64,000 nt of DNA, from the NCBI GenBank assembly GCA_013239625.1, contig MU054001.1, forward strand, positions 7,274,174-7,338,173, in the 5' to 3' direction. This stretch comes from Lama guanicoe (Eukaryota). Both the position numbers and the translations under genes were made by a program. Position 1 is the first letter of the stretch. The number at the start of each line of letters is the position of its first letter. The notes below the pieces were generated by a model that ran no database searches, was not told where the DNA came from, and was given only the letters and a program-made list of their open reading frames with translations. Below are positions 49,270 to 60,498 of the stretch, piece after piece.

Positions 49270-50100
49270 TTGGCCCACAGGGCAGAGCACTGTGACCAAA
49301 GACCTCAACAACAATACAGAGTACAGCATATTACCATTAAACAGGCAGCTAAAATAGCCAGGACAGTTAGGCTTCATCTCCAAGAGGAAGTCAAGGATGA
49401 TCAATTTTTAAGGGGGTCTTGAGTTACATGATATATGTGGTCTAATTCCTGATCTATTTGTTGTAGTGCCTTAGCTACTTCCTTCTGGTGATCTGCTATA
49501 TAGATACAGCATTCAATATGTAACATAGCACATGTGCCACCTTGGCTTGCAGTGAGAATATCTAATGCCATTCTATTTTGTAAGCCCACCTTTTACATCT
49601 GGGTGGTCTCATCTAACAATTCCTCTATAGCTTTTCTAGTAGCATTCAGTACAGGTGGTATGTGCTGAGCCAAAGTTTTTATTTGCAATTCTACATTGAT
49701 GGTTCCAGCACCAGGCAGGAACAGGGCCAAGGGATAAAACCACCAAGCTGCAGGCTTTCCATGGTGCCGAGTGTGCATTGGATTTCAGTTTGTGGGATGT
49801 TTTGTTAAAATGGGCCAGATATGTCCAGGCAAGTAAGCTCTACCCCAAGTATAGCACCCTGTCCATTTAGCTGGGAGATAAGACCGTCTGTGGGTGCCAT
49901 ATACCCATAGGTACCCCAGTGGCAGGAAATTGGTGGGTTTTGTGTCAAACAAATGCCATCCATCCCACCAAGTGGAGGCTTTTGCAAGTGATGTGGGCAC
50001 CTAACCCTTTGGGGAGCCACCCCACTGTGTGGTTTGTGGCCTCCCATTCAAACCACTATTCAATACAGAAGGGACTTAGACTTGTCAATTTTGTATGAAC
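49270..50100 (-). pseudogene. env: env remnant (end of SU and TM, gamma-type)
   Basis: Fusion-peptide region AWWFYPLALFLPGAG, heptad repeat, ISD LQNRMALDILTA and CAMLHIECC (CX6CC); frameshifted. Confidence 0.9.
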
Positions 50101-50209
50101 AAGTACTGCCCCAGAGCAGGTTTCCCTGCTTTCTAAGTGCTGCCATGGGGCAGGTTCCCTGCCTTCCAAGTGCTGTCACAGAGCAGGTTTCCCTGCAATA
50201 ACTTCTCTA

Positions 50210-51900
50210 GTGGGCTCATACCAGAAGGCTTCAGTGGCAGGGTGTAGTGCTCCTGCAACCCAAGTGGGTGGGCTGCCCTTGCAAGAATCACCTGTATACC
50301 AAGCAGTTCCCTGGGGGTGGCCCTTTCCCTTCATGAAAAGGACTAGGCCTGAAGTTCACCCCCTGATGTTGGGGCATCTGTACAGCAACTCTGCAGCCAA
50401 GGTGCTAGCAGTGTACTGGGCTCTGTTCCAAATAACATCCCACTTCATCAGAGTTGGGGTATGGGCAGTCCCCAATCAGGGTTGTTTTGCCCATATCTGT
50501 ACCCATCCTGCAATGGAGTATGTGGTCTGTAACTAGACCTCTTGCCTCCACGTCAGGGGTTCAGTGGCTAGCAAGGACGCATCAGTTGCTAACAATTATT
50601 TCTCAACAATATTTAGCCCATTTGTACAGCTGAGACTTTCTGTTGCCTGTGCTTTTGCCATAAGCCCCAACCATATCCATTATTGCCACATGGACTGTTA
50701 ACCAGAAAGGGAGGCCTGTATCTATAGTGTGCAGCACTTGTGCTTGGGCCACTGCCCTCTTAGATTCAACAAATGCACATTTGGTCTCATCAGATCAATT
50801 CTAGACTTCTCCCTTCTTAATCAGTTTATACACGGGTTTGGCTATTTGGGCCAAATAAGGACTAAACACCTGCTAGTATCCTAGAAGACCTAAGTAAGTC
50901 TGTAACTGTTTAACTGTTTCAGGGCTGGGATATTCCTGGATTATGTCTATTACTGCTTCAGGCAGCACTTACATCTTACCAGACAAGACAACACCCAAGA
51001 ATTTGACAGAATATCCATGTCCTGGCACTTTGTCCTCAATCTTGGCCCACCCCCAGCCCACCAGGGCTTCTCACAGCATTGTGGCACTGGTTTCCAAATC
51101 TGAAAGAAAATCAGAGGTTAGCATTATATCATCTATATATTGGAACAAATGAACGGTATCCAACTTGCTCCATATAGCCAGGTCCTGGGCCACCAGGCCA
51201 TAGCACATTGTGGAGCTATGTCGATATCCCTGCAGTAACACAACAAATGTCCTTAATCACATAGTGACAAGTACTCAGTTCATGGGACAGCCAGTCCATC
51301 AAGTCTGTTATGTTTGGCACAGCCATGTGCATGGGGGGAGTGACTTTATTCAGTTCTTGATAGTCCACTGTCATCCTCTAGGGGCCATCTGTCTTCTACA
51401 CTGGCCACACTGGAGAATTAGAAGGGCTATACATCGCCCAAATTATATTGGCTTTTTCAAGCTTCAGAATAGTCTTTCCTATTTCCTTATGGCCTCTGGG
51501 CAATCAATATTGCCTGACATTCACCACTTATGTGGACTGTGGCAAAGTCAAAGGTGCATGGCGAGGGTGCCCCCATATGACTGTTTTCACAACATGAACT
51601 CTCAGGCAAAATTCCCCTTGAGTCATCTGTATTTGCAATCCTTGCAAAATGTATATTCCCATAATATACAGCTACTGGGGATATATGCATTTCATATGCA
51701 GCAGGGGGCAAACAGCCAATACCCAAAGTCAGAATCATTCATTTACTTGCATTTGCTTGCTTTTATATCCTTCTATATCAACCCATTTTCCCCCCAAATG
51801 CTCTAGATTTCCATGCACCAATGTAATTTTGGCTCCTGTATCTACTAGTGCCAATACCCACTATTTTTTTTGTAGGGGACCAGTGGATAGTCAGTTGAAC
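50210..51900 (-). pseudogene. pol: pro-pol remnant (protease, RT, start of RNase H; no integrase seen)
   Basis: Manual minus-strand translation gives LALVDTGA (DTGA at 51831-51842), PFNSPVWPV and RMTVDYQELNKV, HLFQYIDDIML (YIDD at 51128-51139), and AWYTGDS near 50290-50307. Many stops. Confidence 0.9.
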
Positions 51901-51954
51901 TTGTGGCCTCCTGTCACCTGGGTTTCCCATGTCCCAGACACCTCGGCCTTCCCT

Positions 51955-52395
51955 CTAGTCTGGGAGGAAATCAGCAAGGGCCTGGGTTCCTCCAGTTCCA
52001 CCTGGGGCTGCACCATTTGTCATAGGCACAACGGTACAGGGGGAGGGGCCGGGCTTACCGCTCTTGGAGATGGTGGAACTGGAGCCATGCAGGCATCTTT
52101 CTGCCACGCTGAGTCTCTGCTCAAGTTCTTCCCTCTTGCGCTGTAACTGCTTCACTTGCACCTGCAATTCTTTCATGTCTTGGCTAGCATGATGCAAAAC
52201 CGATAAGAACATACAGGCCACCCTACTGGCTGCCTCTCGGTGGGCTAATGAGTCATTATTTTCCAACAACTCTAGTGCCCTTTGGACGTCATTTGGCTGG
52301 GACGCCACTGTGTCCCAATCCTCAGGCTGAGCCCATGCCAGCAAATAGGCTGCCACTAGGTACTATAGAGAAGTAGGGGGCCACATTGTTTCCAT
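51955..52395 (-). pseudogene. gag: gag N-terminal remnant
   Basis: Lies just downstream of the PBS. ORF 51955..52356 has a coiled-coil-like stretch and is far shorter than a full gag. Confidence 0.65.
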
Positions 52396-52443
52396 CCGAG
52401 CATCCCTGTCAGGGGCAGGGGGTTCTGAGGGGGCACTCACCTC

Positions 52444-52461
52444 ATCCTGCTCACAATGCCA
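52444..52461 (-). promoter_or_regulatory. Primer binding site, tRNA-Ser(CGA)
   Basis: TGGCATTGTGAGCAGGAT matches 16/18 the complement of the tRNA-Ser(CGA) 3' end (TGGCGCTGTGAGCAGGAT, recalled); 2 nt from the 5' LTR. Confidence 0.85.
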
Positions 52462-52463
52462 AG

Positions 52464-52851
52464 TGTCAGCTGATGGGGGCTGAAGTGGGATTCGAGTAGG
52501 TGAGCGGCCCAACAGGAAAAATGCATGAAGAGATGCCATACCATGAAACAAACTGCACCAGGACCAGACATGGCGCTAAACAGCACTTTATTCTATTGCC
52601 ACGAGGTGGTGCACGTGCTCCATGCTCACTTGTCCTGCTTTTATCTAATTTTTGCTTGCACATGTGCAGTGTCATTTTCTTTGTTCATGAGGCTTACAGA
52701 ACACCATTAGCGCATGCGTACTTTTACTTTCTTTGTTCTAAAACTTATATAACCAGTGCATGCGTACAATCATCATTTATTTTATACTACAAGCATGTTG
52801 TTTTGGCGTTGGCCTTAAGTCCCATGGCCTCCTCATCCAAGGCTATTGACA
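52464..52851 (-). repeat. 5' LTR of the provirus
   Basis: On the minus strand, TATA-like GATAAAAG (~52638-52645) precedes AATAAA (52587-52592); TGTCA...TGACA termini. Confidence 0.95.
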
Positions 52852-53504
52852 ATCACTTTTCAAATAAATTTCTTTCTCTTGAATCGTTTTCTCAGCATTT
52901 GTTTCTGGAAGAACTAGAGAGAAAAATGCCATCAAGAGGAAGAGAATATCCAGCGTGTGTCTTGCTACAGTAAGAAAACACAAGATTGGGGATAAAATTT
53001 CTGAATTTCATGGATGCTTACACCAGGCACATAAAATATGATAGAAAATAATTCAAATGTTGGCTCTAAGGTTCAGCAAATTATATGTAAATTCTTCCTA
53101 AGACTCCTTGTGAAGTTTATATTTTATGGTGATAAGATCTTTGGCCTGAAGGTACTTAACTAGTTGACTCTAGTTACTGCACTGAAAGGGGTGCATTCCT
53201 TGCAATTCATTGGATCTGATTATAGTAGACCAGAGCAAATAAGTCATAATGGAAAGTCCTATGACATGACAGCCCAAGCAGACTGACTAGGTGAGGATCA
53301 GTCAACTTAACCATTTGTTCTTTCTTCTGAAAATTACTATATACATTGCACTGTATGGACCATGGAGGGGGAGACGGAAGGGAGAGACAAAGGATCTATC
53401 CCCAAGGGGCTTCTGGTTTTCTGGGGAGCAAAAGACTAAACTGAAAGCCAGAAAACCTGAGGTCTCATACCTTCTCTGTCACTGTGTAACTTTGGGTAAG
53501 TTAC

Positions 53505-56120
53505 TTTTTGATGATAGCCATTCTAATAGGCTTGAGGTGACAACTCATTGTGGTTTTGATTTGCATTTCCCTGATGATTTTTAGTGATGTTAAGCACTTA
53601 TTGGTTATTTGTAGGTCTTCTTTGGGAAAATGTCTATTCAGTTCCTGTGACCACTTTAAAATTGGACTTTTTTTTTTATGGCTACAGAGTTATGTGAGTT
53701 CTTCATATTTTGTATATAACCCTTTTTTAGATATATGATAGCAATTTTTTTTCCATTCTGTATATTGTCTTTTCATTTTGTTGATAGTTCCCTTTATTGT
53801 TCAGAAGCTTTTTATTTCGATGTAGTCTCAATTGCATATTTTTGCTTTTGTTTCATCCAAAAAAATCATTTCCAAGAACAATGTTAAGGAGATTTCCCCC
53901 ATGTTTTCTTCTAGATATTTTATGGTTTCAGGTATTATGTTCAAGGCTTTAATCCATTTTGAGTTGATTTTTGTGTATAGCATAAGATAGTAGTTCTATT
54001 TTTTGCATGTAATTGTCCAGTTTTCCCAACACCATTTATTGAACAGGCTGTCCTTTTACCATTGTATATCCTTGGTTCATTTGTTGTAAATTAGTTGACA
54101 GATACTTGAGTTTATTTTGGGGAACTCTATTCTGTCCCATTGATATATGTGACTATTTTTATGCCAATATCATGCTGTTTTGATTATTATGGCTTTTGCA
54201 ATATAATTTGAAATCAGAAAGTGTGATACTTCCATCTTTGTTCTTTCTCAAGATTGTCCTGCCCATTTAGGTTCTTTTGTTGTTCCATATAAATTTTAAG
54301 TTTTTTTCTAATTCTGTGAAAAATGCTGTTGGAAATTTGATAGTGATTGCACTGAATCTGTAGATTGCCTTGGGTAATATGAGTAGTATGGACATTTTGA
54401 CAATATTAATTCTTCCAATTCATGGACATAGAATATCTTTCAATTTATTTGTATTTTCTTCAATTGCTTTCACTAATGTCATTGTTTTTAGTGAACAGAT
54501 TTTTCAGCTCCTTGGTTAAATTTATTCACAGGGATTGTATTCATTTTGGTGCAATATGTAACTGAGATTGTTTCTTAACTTCTCTTTCTGATACTTTGTT
54601 ATTAGTGTACAGAAATGCACTGAATTTTTTGTATTAATTTTGTATCCTGCAACTTCTTGAATTCATTTTTTAGTTCTAATAATTTTTTTTGGTGACATCT
54701 TTAAGGTTTTCTATATACAATATCGTGTCACCTGCACATAAAGACAATTTTGCATCTTCCTTTCTGATTTGGATTTATTTTATTTCCTTTGCTTGCCTAA
54801 CTGCTCTAGCTAGAACTTACAATATGAAGTTGAATAAGAGTGTTGAAAGTTGAAACAGATAATCACTTACCTCCATTTCATTAAAGTTTGTTTCTGGAGT
54901 TTTACCTTGTTCTCTTGTTTGGAATATATTACTCTGTTTTTACAAATTTCTTGACGCTTTGAGTTGTTTTCTGTATATTAGATAAAACAGCCACCTCTCT
55001 TAGTTTTGATTGAGTGGGTTCATGTAGGATGTGATGTTCATCATTCAGCCCAGCCTGAACTTTTGGTTGTCACGCAAACCTTAGTGATTTTCCAAGCCAC
55101 CTTCTTTGTTCTTAGTGGCTCCCAGTATTTGAGGGTGTGCAGAGATCTGTTAGTATCCCAAAGAAGAGATTCTCAGTACCTAGATTCAGGCTGATTGGTA
55201 ACTGGACCCTCATCCAGCAGCTTTTAAAGTATGCAAATAATTTTTTTTTCAGGAAAAGACTGGGATATGGATGTTTCTGTCTGCTCTTTCTGCTCTGAGC
55301 CCTGGGAGGAGAGCTGGTTAAGAACTGTATTTTGATGCAATCCTATGGGACTGGCAAAGCAAGCCTCACTGGCCATCGGAGCCAGATGATCAAGTGGTGA
55401 ATCACCTGGGTGTCTGCTGCAAAACCTGATGTGCCAGACTTGTCTATAAGCTCCTTCCGGGAAGATACTGGTGACCTGGAGGAGACCAGGGGGAAAGGGG
55501 CACTTGTATTCATTGACTTCCTCAGTCTGTGGAGAGGACTGAAATCAGTCACTAGGCATGTGCTAAATTAGAAGCCTGACCTTGAGGCTACAGCTTCTGA
55601 AGTATGCAAATAGGCTGCTTTCAGGGAAAGATGGGGAGATCCACATGTCTTTCTGCTGCTTCTGGGCTGGGCCTAGGGAGGACAGCCACAGTTAGTCCTC
55701 CTGAGCCTCTGAAGAACTGTTTCTTTGTTTGCTATAGTCTTGAGAATCTTATGGTTTCAAGTCCCATTGACTTTCAAACTAGGTGTTTTGGGGGCCTGTC
55801 CCTCAGGTGGAAATCTTTAAAAGTTGGAGTGCTAGATATTGGATCCAAATCTTTACTTCTCAAGGAGAAGCTGGGAGTTGCCAGCCCCCTCCTGATTATA
55901 TGTTGCTGTATGGAGGTGGTGGTGGTGGTTATGGCAAGAGTATATCAGCCTTTCCTGTTTGTTTGATGTGGGCATTTTGTCATTTGCCTGATGGTGTAGG
56001 TATTCCTCAGCTAGTTTATGGATTTCTTTCAGAGGGGATTGCTCCATGTGTAGTTATAGATTTGATGTGCCTGTGGGAGGAGGAGAGTTCTGGAGCCTCC
56101 TATATCACCATGTTGGACTG
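53505..56120 (-). mobile_element. Old L1 with internal deletion (ORF2 fragment ~53505-54850 joined to ORF1 start and 5' UTR)
   Basis: Diverged ORF2 motifs. The 5' end GGAGGAGGAGAGTTCTGGAGCCTCCTATATCACCATGTTGGACTG resembles 30880-30925, and the monomer motif near 55370 resembles 29297. Confidence 0.8.
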
Positions 56121-56342
56121 CACTTTCATGGTTTGATTTTTTGTATTTCAATCTTTTATTAATTGGGCATTTATTTTGGAAAAAATGAATAAGCCAAGAA
56201 TACATTTTATTTATTTTTTGTAAATCACTAATCTGATGGCCCATCTTTACTAACAGTCCAGTTTTCCTCAGTGAATCAATTATAGTTACCTCTATTATAT
56301 ACTAAGTTCCCAGACCTACTTGGGGCTATTTCTGCACTTTAA

Positions 56343-57044
56343 TTTTTTTTATAATATATATTTTTATTGAGTTATAGCCAGTTTAGAATGTTGTGTCAAT
56401 TTCCAGTATGGAGCACAATTTCTCAGTTATACATGAACATACGTATTCATTGTTGCATTATTTTTCACTATGAGCTACCACAAGATCTTGTGTATATTTC
56501 CCTGTGCTATGCAGTATATTCTTTTTAATCTATTCTACATATGCCTGTCAGTATCTACAAATTTCAAACTCCCAGACTATCCCTTCCCACCCACCTCCCT
56601 ACTGGCAACCACAAGTATGTATTCTATGTCTATAAGTCTGTTTCTGTTTTGTATTTATGTTCATCTTTTTCTTCCTTCCTTCCTTCCTTCCTTCCTTCCT
56701 TCCTTCCTTCCTTAGTGTAATCTTGTTTATCTATTCTGCATATGCCTGTCAGTATCTACAAATTTTGAACTCCCAGTCTGTCCCTTCCTACCCCCAACCT
56801 TGGCAACCACAAGTTTGTATTCTATGTCTATGAGTCTGTTTCTGTTTTGTATTTATGTTTTTTTTTTATATTCCACATATGAGCAATCTCATATGGTATT
56901 ATTCTTTCTTTTTCTGGCTTACTTCACTTAGAATGACATTCTCCAGGGACAACTATGTTGCTGCAAATCAGCTATGTTGTCATTTTAAATGGCTGAATAG
57001 TATTCCATTGTATAAATATACCACATCTTTATCCAGTCATCTGT
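56343..57044 (-). mobile_element. L1 3' end with an internal ~150-bp duplication and (CCTT)n
   Basis: T tail and 3' UTR; 56512-56668 is repeated at 56715-56865. Confidence 0.9.
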
Positions 57045-57897
57045 TTTTTTTTAACATTTTTTTATTGATTTATAATCATTTTACAATGTTGTGTCAAATT
57101 CCAGTGTTTAGCACAATTTTCAGTCATACATGGACATATACACACTCATTGTCACATATTTTTCTCTGTTAGTTACCATAACATTTTGTGTTAATTTCCC
57201 TGTGCTATACAGTATAGTCTCATTTATCTATTCTACAATTTTGAAATCCCAGTCTATCCCTTCCCACCCTCCGCCCCCCTGGCAACCACAAGTCTGTATT
57301 CTCTGTCTATGAGTCTATTTCTGTCCTGTATTTATGCTTTGTTTTTGTTTGTTTCTTTGTTTTTTAGATTCCACATATGAGCAATCTTATATGGTATTTT
57401 TCTTTCTCTTTGTGGCTTACTTCACTTAGAATGACATTCTCCAGGAGCATCCATGTTGCTGCAAATGGCATTATGCTGTCGGTTTTTAAGGCTGAGTAGT
57501 ATTCCATTGTATAAATATATCACATCTTCTTTATCCAGTCACCTGTTGATGGACATTTAGGCTGTTTCCATGTCTTGGCTATTGTAAACAGTGCTGCTAT
57601 GAACATTGGGGTGCAGATGCCTTTTTGATTTAGGGTTCCTTCTGGATATATGCCCTGGAACAGGATTCCTGGGTCATATGTTAAGTCTATTCCTAGTCTT
57701 TTGAGGAATCTCCATACTGTTTTCCACATTGGCTGCACCAAACTGCATTCCCACCAGCAGTGTAGAAGGGTCCCTTTTCTCCACAGCCTCTCCAGCATTT
57801 GTGATTTGTGGACATTTGAAAGATGGCCATTCTGACTGGTGTGAGGAGATACCTCATTGTAGCTCTGATTTGCATTTCAGTGATAATTAGTAATATT
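57045..57897 (-). mobile_element. 5'-truncated younger L1 in tandem with the previous element
   Basis: New poly-T starts at CATCTG|TTTTTTTTTT. ORF2 C-terminal ORFs 57520..57798 and 57693..57905. Confidence 0.92.
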
Positions 57898-57899
57898 GC

Positions 57900-59700
57900 A
57901 CTCAAATTTTTGACAATTTGACTACAGTGTGTCTAGGTGTGGACTTCATTAAGTTTATTGAGTTTCATAGTGTATAGAAAACCATTTTCATCAAATTTGG
58001 GAAGTTTTTGGCTATTATTTCTTCAAATATTCTTTCTGCCTCTCTTTCTCCTCTCCTCTGTGATTTCTGTTATGCTTATATTGGCATGTTTGGTATTATT
58101 CTTCAGTTTTCTGAATCTCTGTTCGTTTTTCACCATTATTTTTTCTTTCCATTCCTCAGCCTGGATAATATCAAATGATCTGTTTTCAAATTTGCTAATT
58201 TAATTCTTTCAACTAAAATTTGTGGAATCTGTCTACTGATTAAAAAAATCAGTTTTTTAGAGAATTTCTAGAGATTCTATTTGGTTCTTTTTAATAATTT
58301 ATACCTCTTTATTAACATTCTCTATTTGGTAATCATCATTCTCAAACTTCCCTTTAATTCTTTAGAACTGTATTTTAAAAGTTCTTTGAAAATATTATAA
58401 AAATGAATTAAAATCTTTGTCTAGTAAGTGCAACATGTGAGATCCCTTAAAAATGGTTTGTATTAACTGCTTGTGTGTTTGTGTGTGTGTGATACTTTCA
58501 TGTGAGATCCCTTAAAAATGGTTTGTATTAACTGCTTGTGTGTTTGTGTGTGTGTGATACTTTCATGTGAGATCCCTTAAAAATGGTTTGTATTAACTGC
58601 TTGTGTGTTTGTGTGTGTGTGATACATTCTTATTTCTTTGTACCTCTCATAATATTTTGTTGAAAATATTTAAAAGTATTTTGCAACTCTGGAAATCAGA
58701 CACTACCTCTCCCCAGTGTTTATTGTATTTATTTGTTGTTTGGTGGCTTTCCTGGACTAATACTGTATAAAGTCTTCATTACATGTTGTAAGCAAGCCTC
58801 GATATCTCTGCTTTATAAGCTTACTGGTCACCTAATGGTTGGACAAATATTTCCTTAAATGACTTGAACCATTAATTCTTCTATACTTCACCAAGGGGCT
58901 CTCTCTTTGTGTTGGGGCATGCTTCCAGTGCTCTGGAACTTTACAACTCTACCTTAGCCTTCACTTCCTGATTATGAAGGGCCTCAAGGTCAGCCATAGG
59001 AATTAGGGCCCTCACAGGTTTTCCCTGGGGATATCAGGGCCTGGCACATTCACATGGCCTACTAGATTCCTAGGGTATAGTATCTACTTTTAAAACCCCC
59101 ATGCATAGCTCTTTCCCCAAATCTCCTTTTGAAGTTTGTGGCCAGTCTCTTATTTGCCCAACAAGTGTCACTCCCTCAAATATCCATGAGGTTTAACAGT
59201 TATTGCTTATTATTTTTGAAAAATGGCCAGGTATAGGACTTTTTCCACTGAGGAAATTATAAGTCAAGTAAAATATTGACAAGTTCTGTGAATGGAACTT
59301 TTCCAAGGGGACTGCCAAACAGATGAAGTAGTGACAGTTTTCCGGGGATTGGAGCTTTCTGATGCTCTTTAAGCCCCAATCCTATTTTGCATCCTCTAGT
59401 AGCTGCTGTGATGCTGGTTTTAGCAGCTAGCATGATTGAAAGGCTGCTAGTTTTCAAGGCTACTGTGGATCTGAGGAGAGGGGGATGGGAATAGGACAAG
59501 TTAAAACATCACAAAGTTTATGGTCTTTACCAAGATTCAACTGTTTCTCTTGATACATTTTCCTAAGATTTTTGCAAGTCTTTGGTTACTTTCTAGAGTT
59601 CTGAAAAAGTTGATTTTGGCATTTCCCCCCAGGGTCCTCATTGTTTTTATGGAGGAGCCCATTTTTGGAGATCTTTACTCTGACATTTGAAGTGCCACTC
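57900..59700 (-). mobile_element. Ancient L1M-type ORF1 and 5' region
   Basis: AAATTTGGGAAGTTTTTGGCTATTATTTCTTCAAATAT is the reverse strand of the ORF1 ENFPNL region; highly diverged. Confidence 0.65.
58434..58625. repeat. 65-bp minisatellite, ~3 identical copies
   Basis: GATCCCTTAAAAATGG starts at 58441, 58506 and 58571. Confidence 0.97.
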
Positions 59701-60227
59701 TGGAGTCCATTGTTATACTTTAAAAATTTTTGTTATGTCTCTAGTTGAATTATTTTAGGTTACAGTGAATTCTATGTATAATGAAACCATCCTGACCATC
59801 TTCTCCCCTCCAGTATTTTACTTTTTAATACATTTTGACTATTCCTGTTCATTTATTCTTCCAAATTAATTCTAAAATAAAGTCTTCAAGTTCTAAAAAT
59901 TAATCTTTTGTTATTTGATTGAAATTGTTAAAATATGGATAAATATAGGAATAATTACCACCTCTGAAATATTAAATCTTCCACTTATGGAACATGGTAT
60001 GGCCCTCGACTTATTCAAGCCTTCTTTTATGCTCTTTAGTAAAATTCTGTTGTTTCCTTTGCAAACGTTCCACACATTTCTTCATGAATTTATTTCCAAC
60101 TACCCAGAGGTTACTACCTGGCTGTGCCTGCAACAGTCTACAGTCATTCTTCAGGATCCATCCAGGTCCTTGAGGGGCTAGATTAGTGAATTAAATAAAT
60201 ATATGATAAGAGATCATTTCCCCTGTA

Positions 60228-60498
60228 CTTTTTTCTTCCAATTTTATTGAGATATAATTGATGCAGAGCACTGTATAAGTTTAAGGTATACAGCATAATG
60301 ATTTGACTTACATATATCATGAAACTGTTGTTACAATATGTTAGGTGAACATCCATCATTTCATATAGGTACAAAATTAAAGAAATAGAAAAAAAATTTC
60401 CTTGTGATGAGAACTCAAGATTTACTCTAACAACTTTCATATATAACATACAGCAGTGTTAAGTATATTTATCATGTTGTACATTACATTCCTAGTAC
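60228..60498 (-). mobile_element. Old L1 3'-end fragment
   Basis: TTTTATTGAGATATAATTGA and AAGATTTACTCTAACAACTTTC resemble 15715-15960. Confidence 0.75.

Larger units (their letters stand above)
48860..52851 (-). mobile_element. Internally deleted class III endogenous retrovirus (ERV-S-like): LTR-gag-pro-pol-env-LTR remnants
   Basis: Two homologous ~385-bp TG...CA LTRs, 5-bp TSD ATGAC / ATCAC, tRNA-Ser PBS, PPT, DTGA protease, YIDD RT, ISD plus CX6CC env. Confidence 0.93.
48510..52915 (+). mobile_element. Ancient ERVL LTR16-like solo LTR split by the provirus (parts ~48510-48859 and 52852-52915)
   Basis: TGTTTCCTGGGATGAC and ATCACTTTTCAAATAAA...TCTCAGCATTTGTTTCTGGAAGAAC rejoin into the recalled LTR16-type 3' end. 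Confidence 0.6.

Noticed and set aside
49270..50100. Domesticated syncytin-like env gene
   Set aside because: The env is fragmented by frameshifts and stops and lacks the signal peptide and most of SU.
58434..58625. CRISPR-like array
   Set aside because: Head-to-tail identical units without unique spacers, in mammalian DNA with no cas genes.
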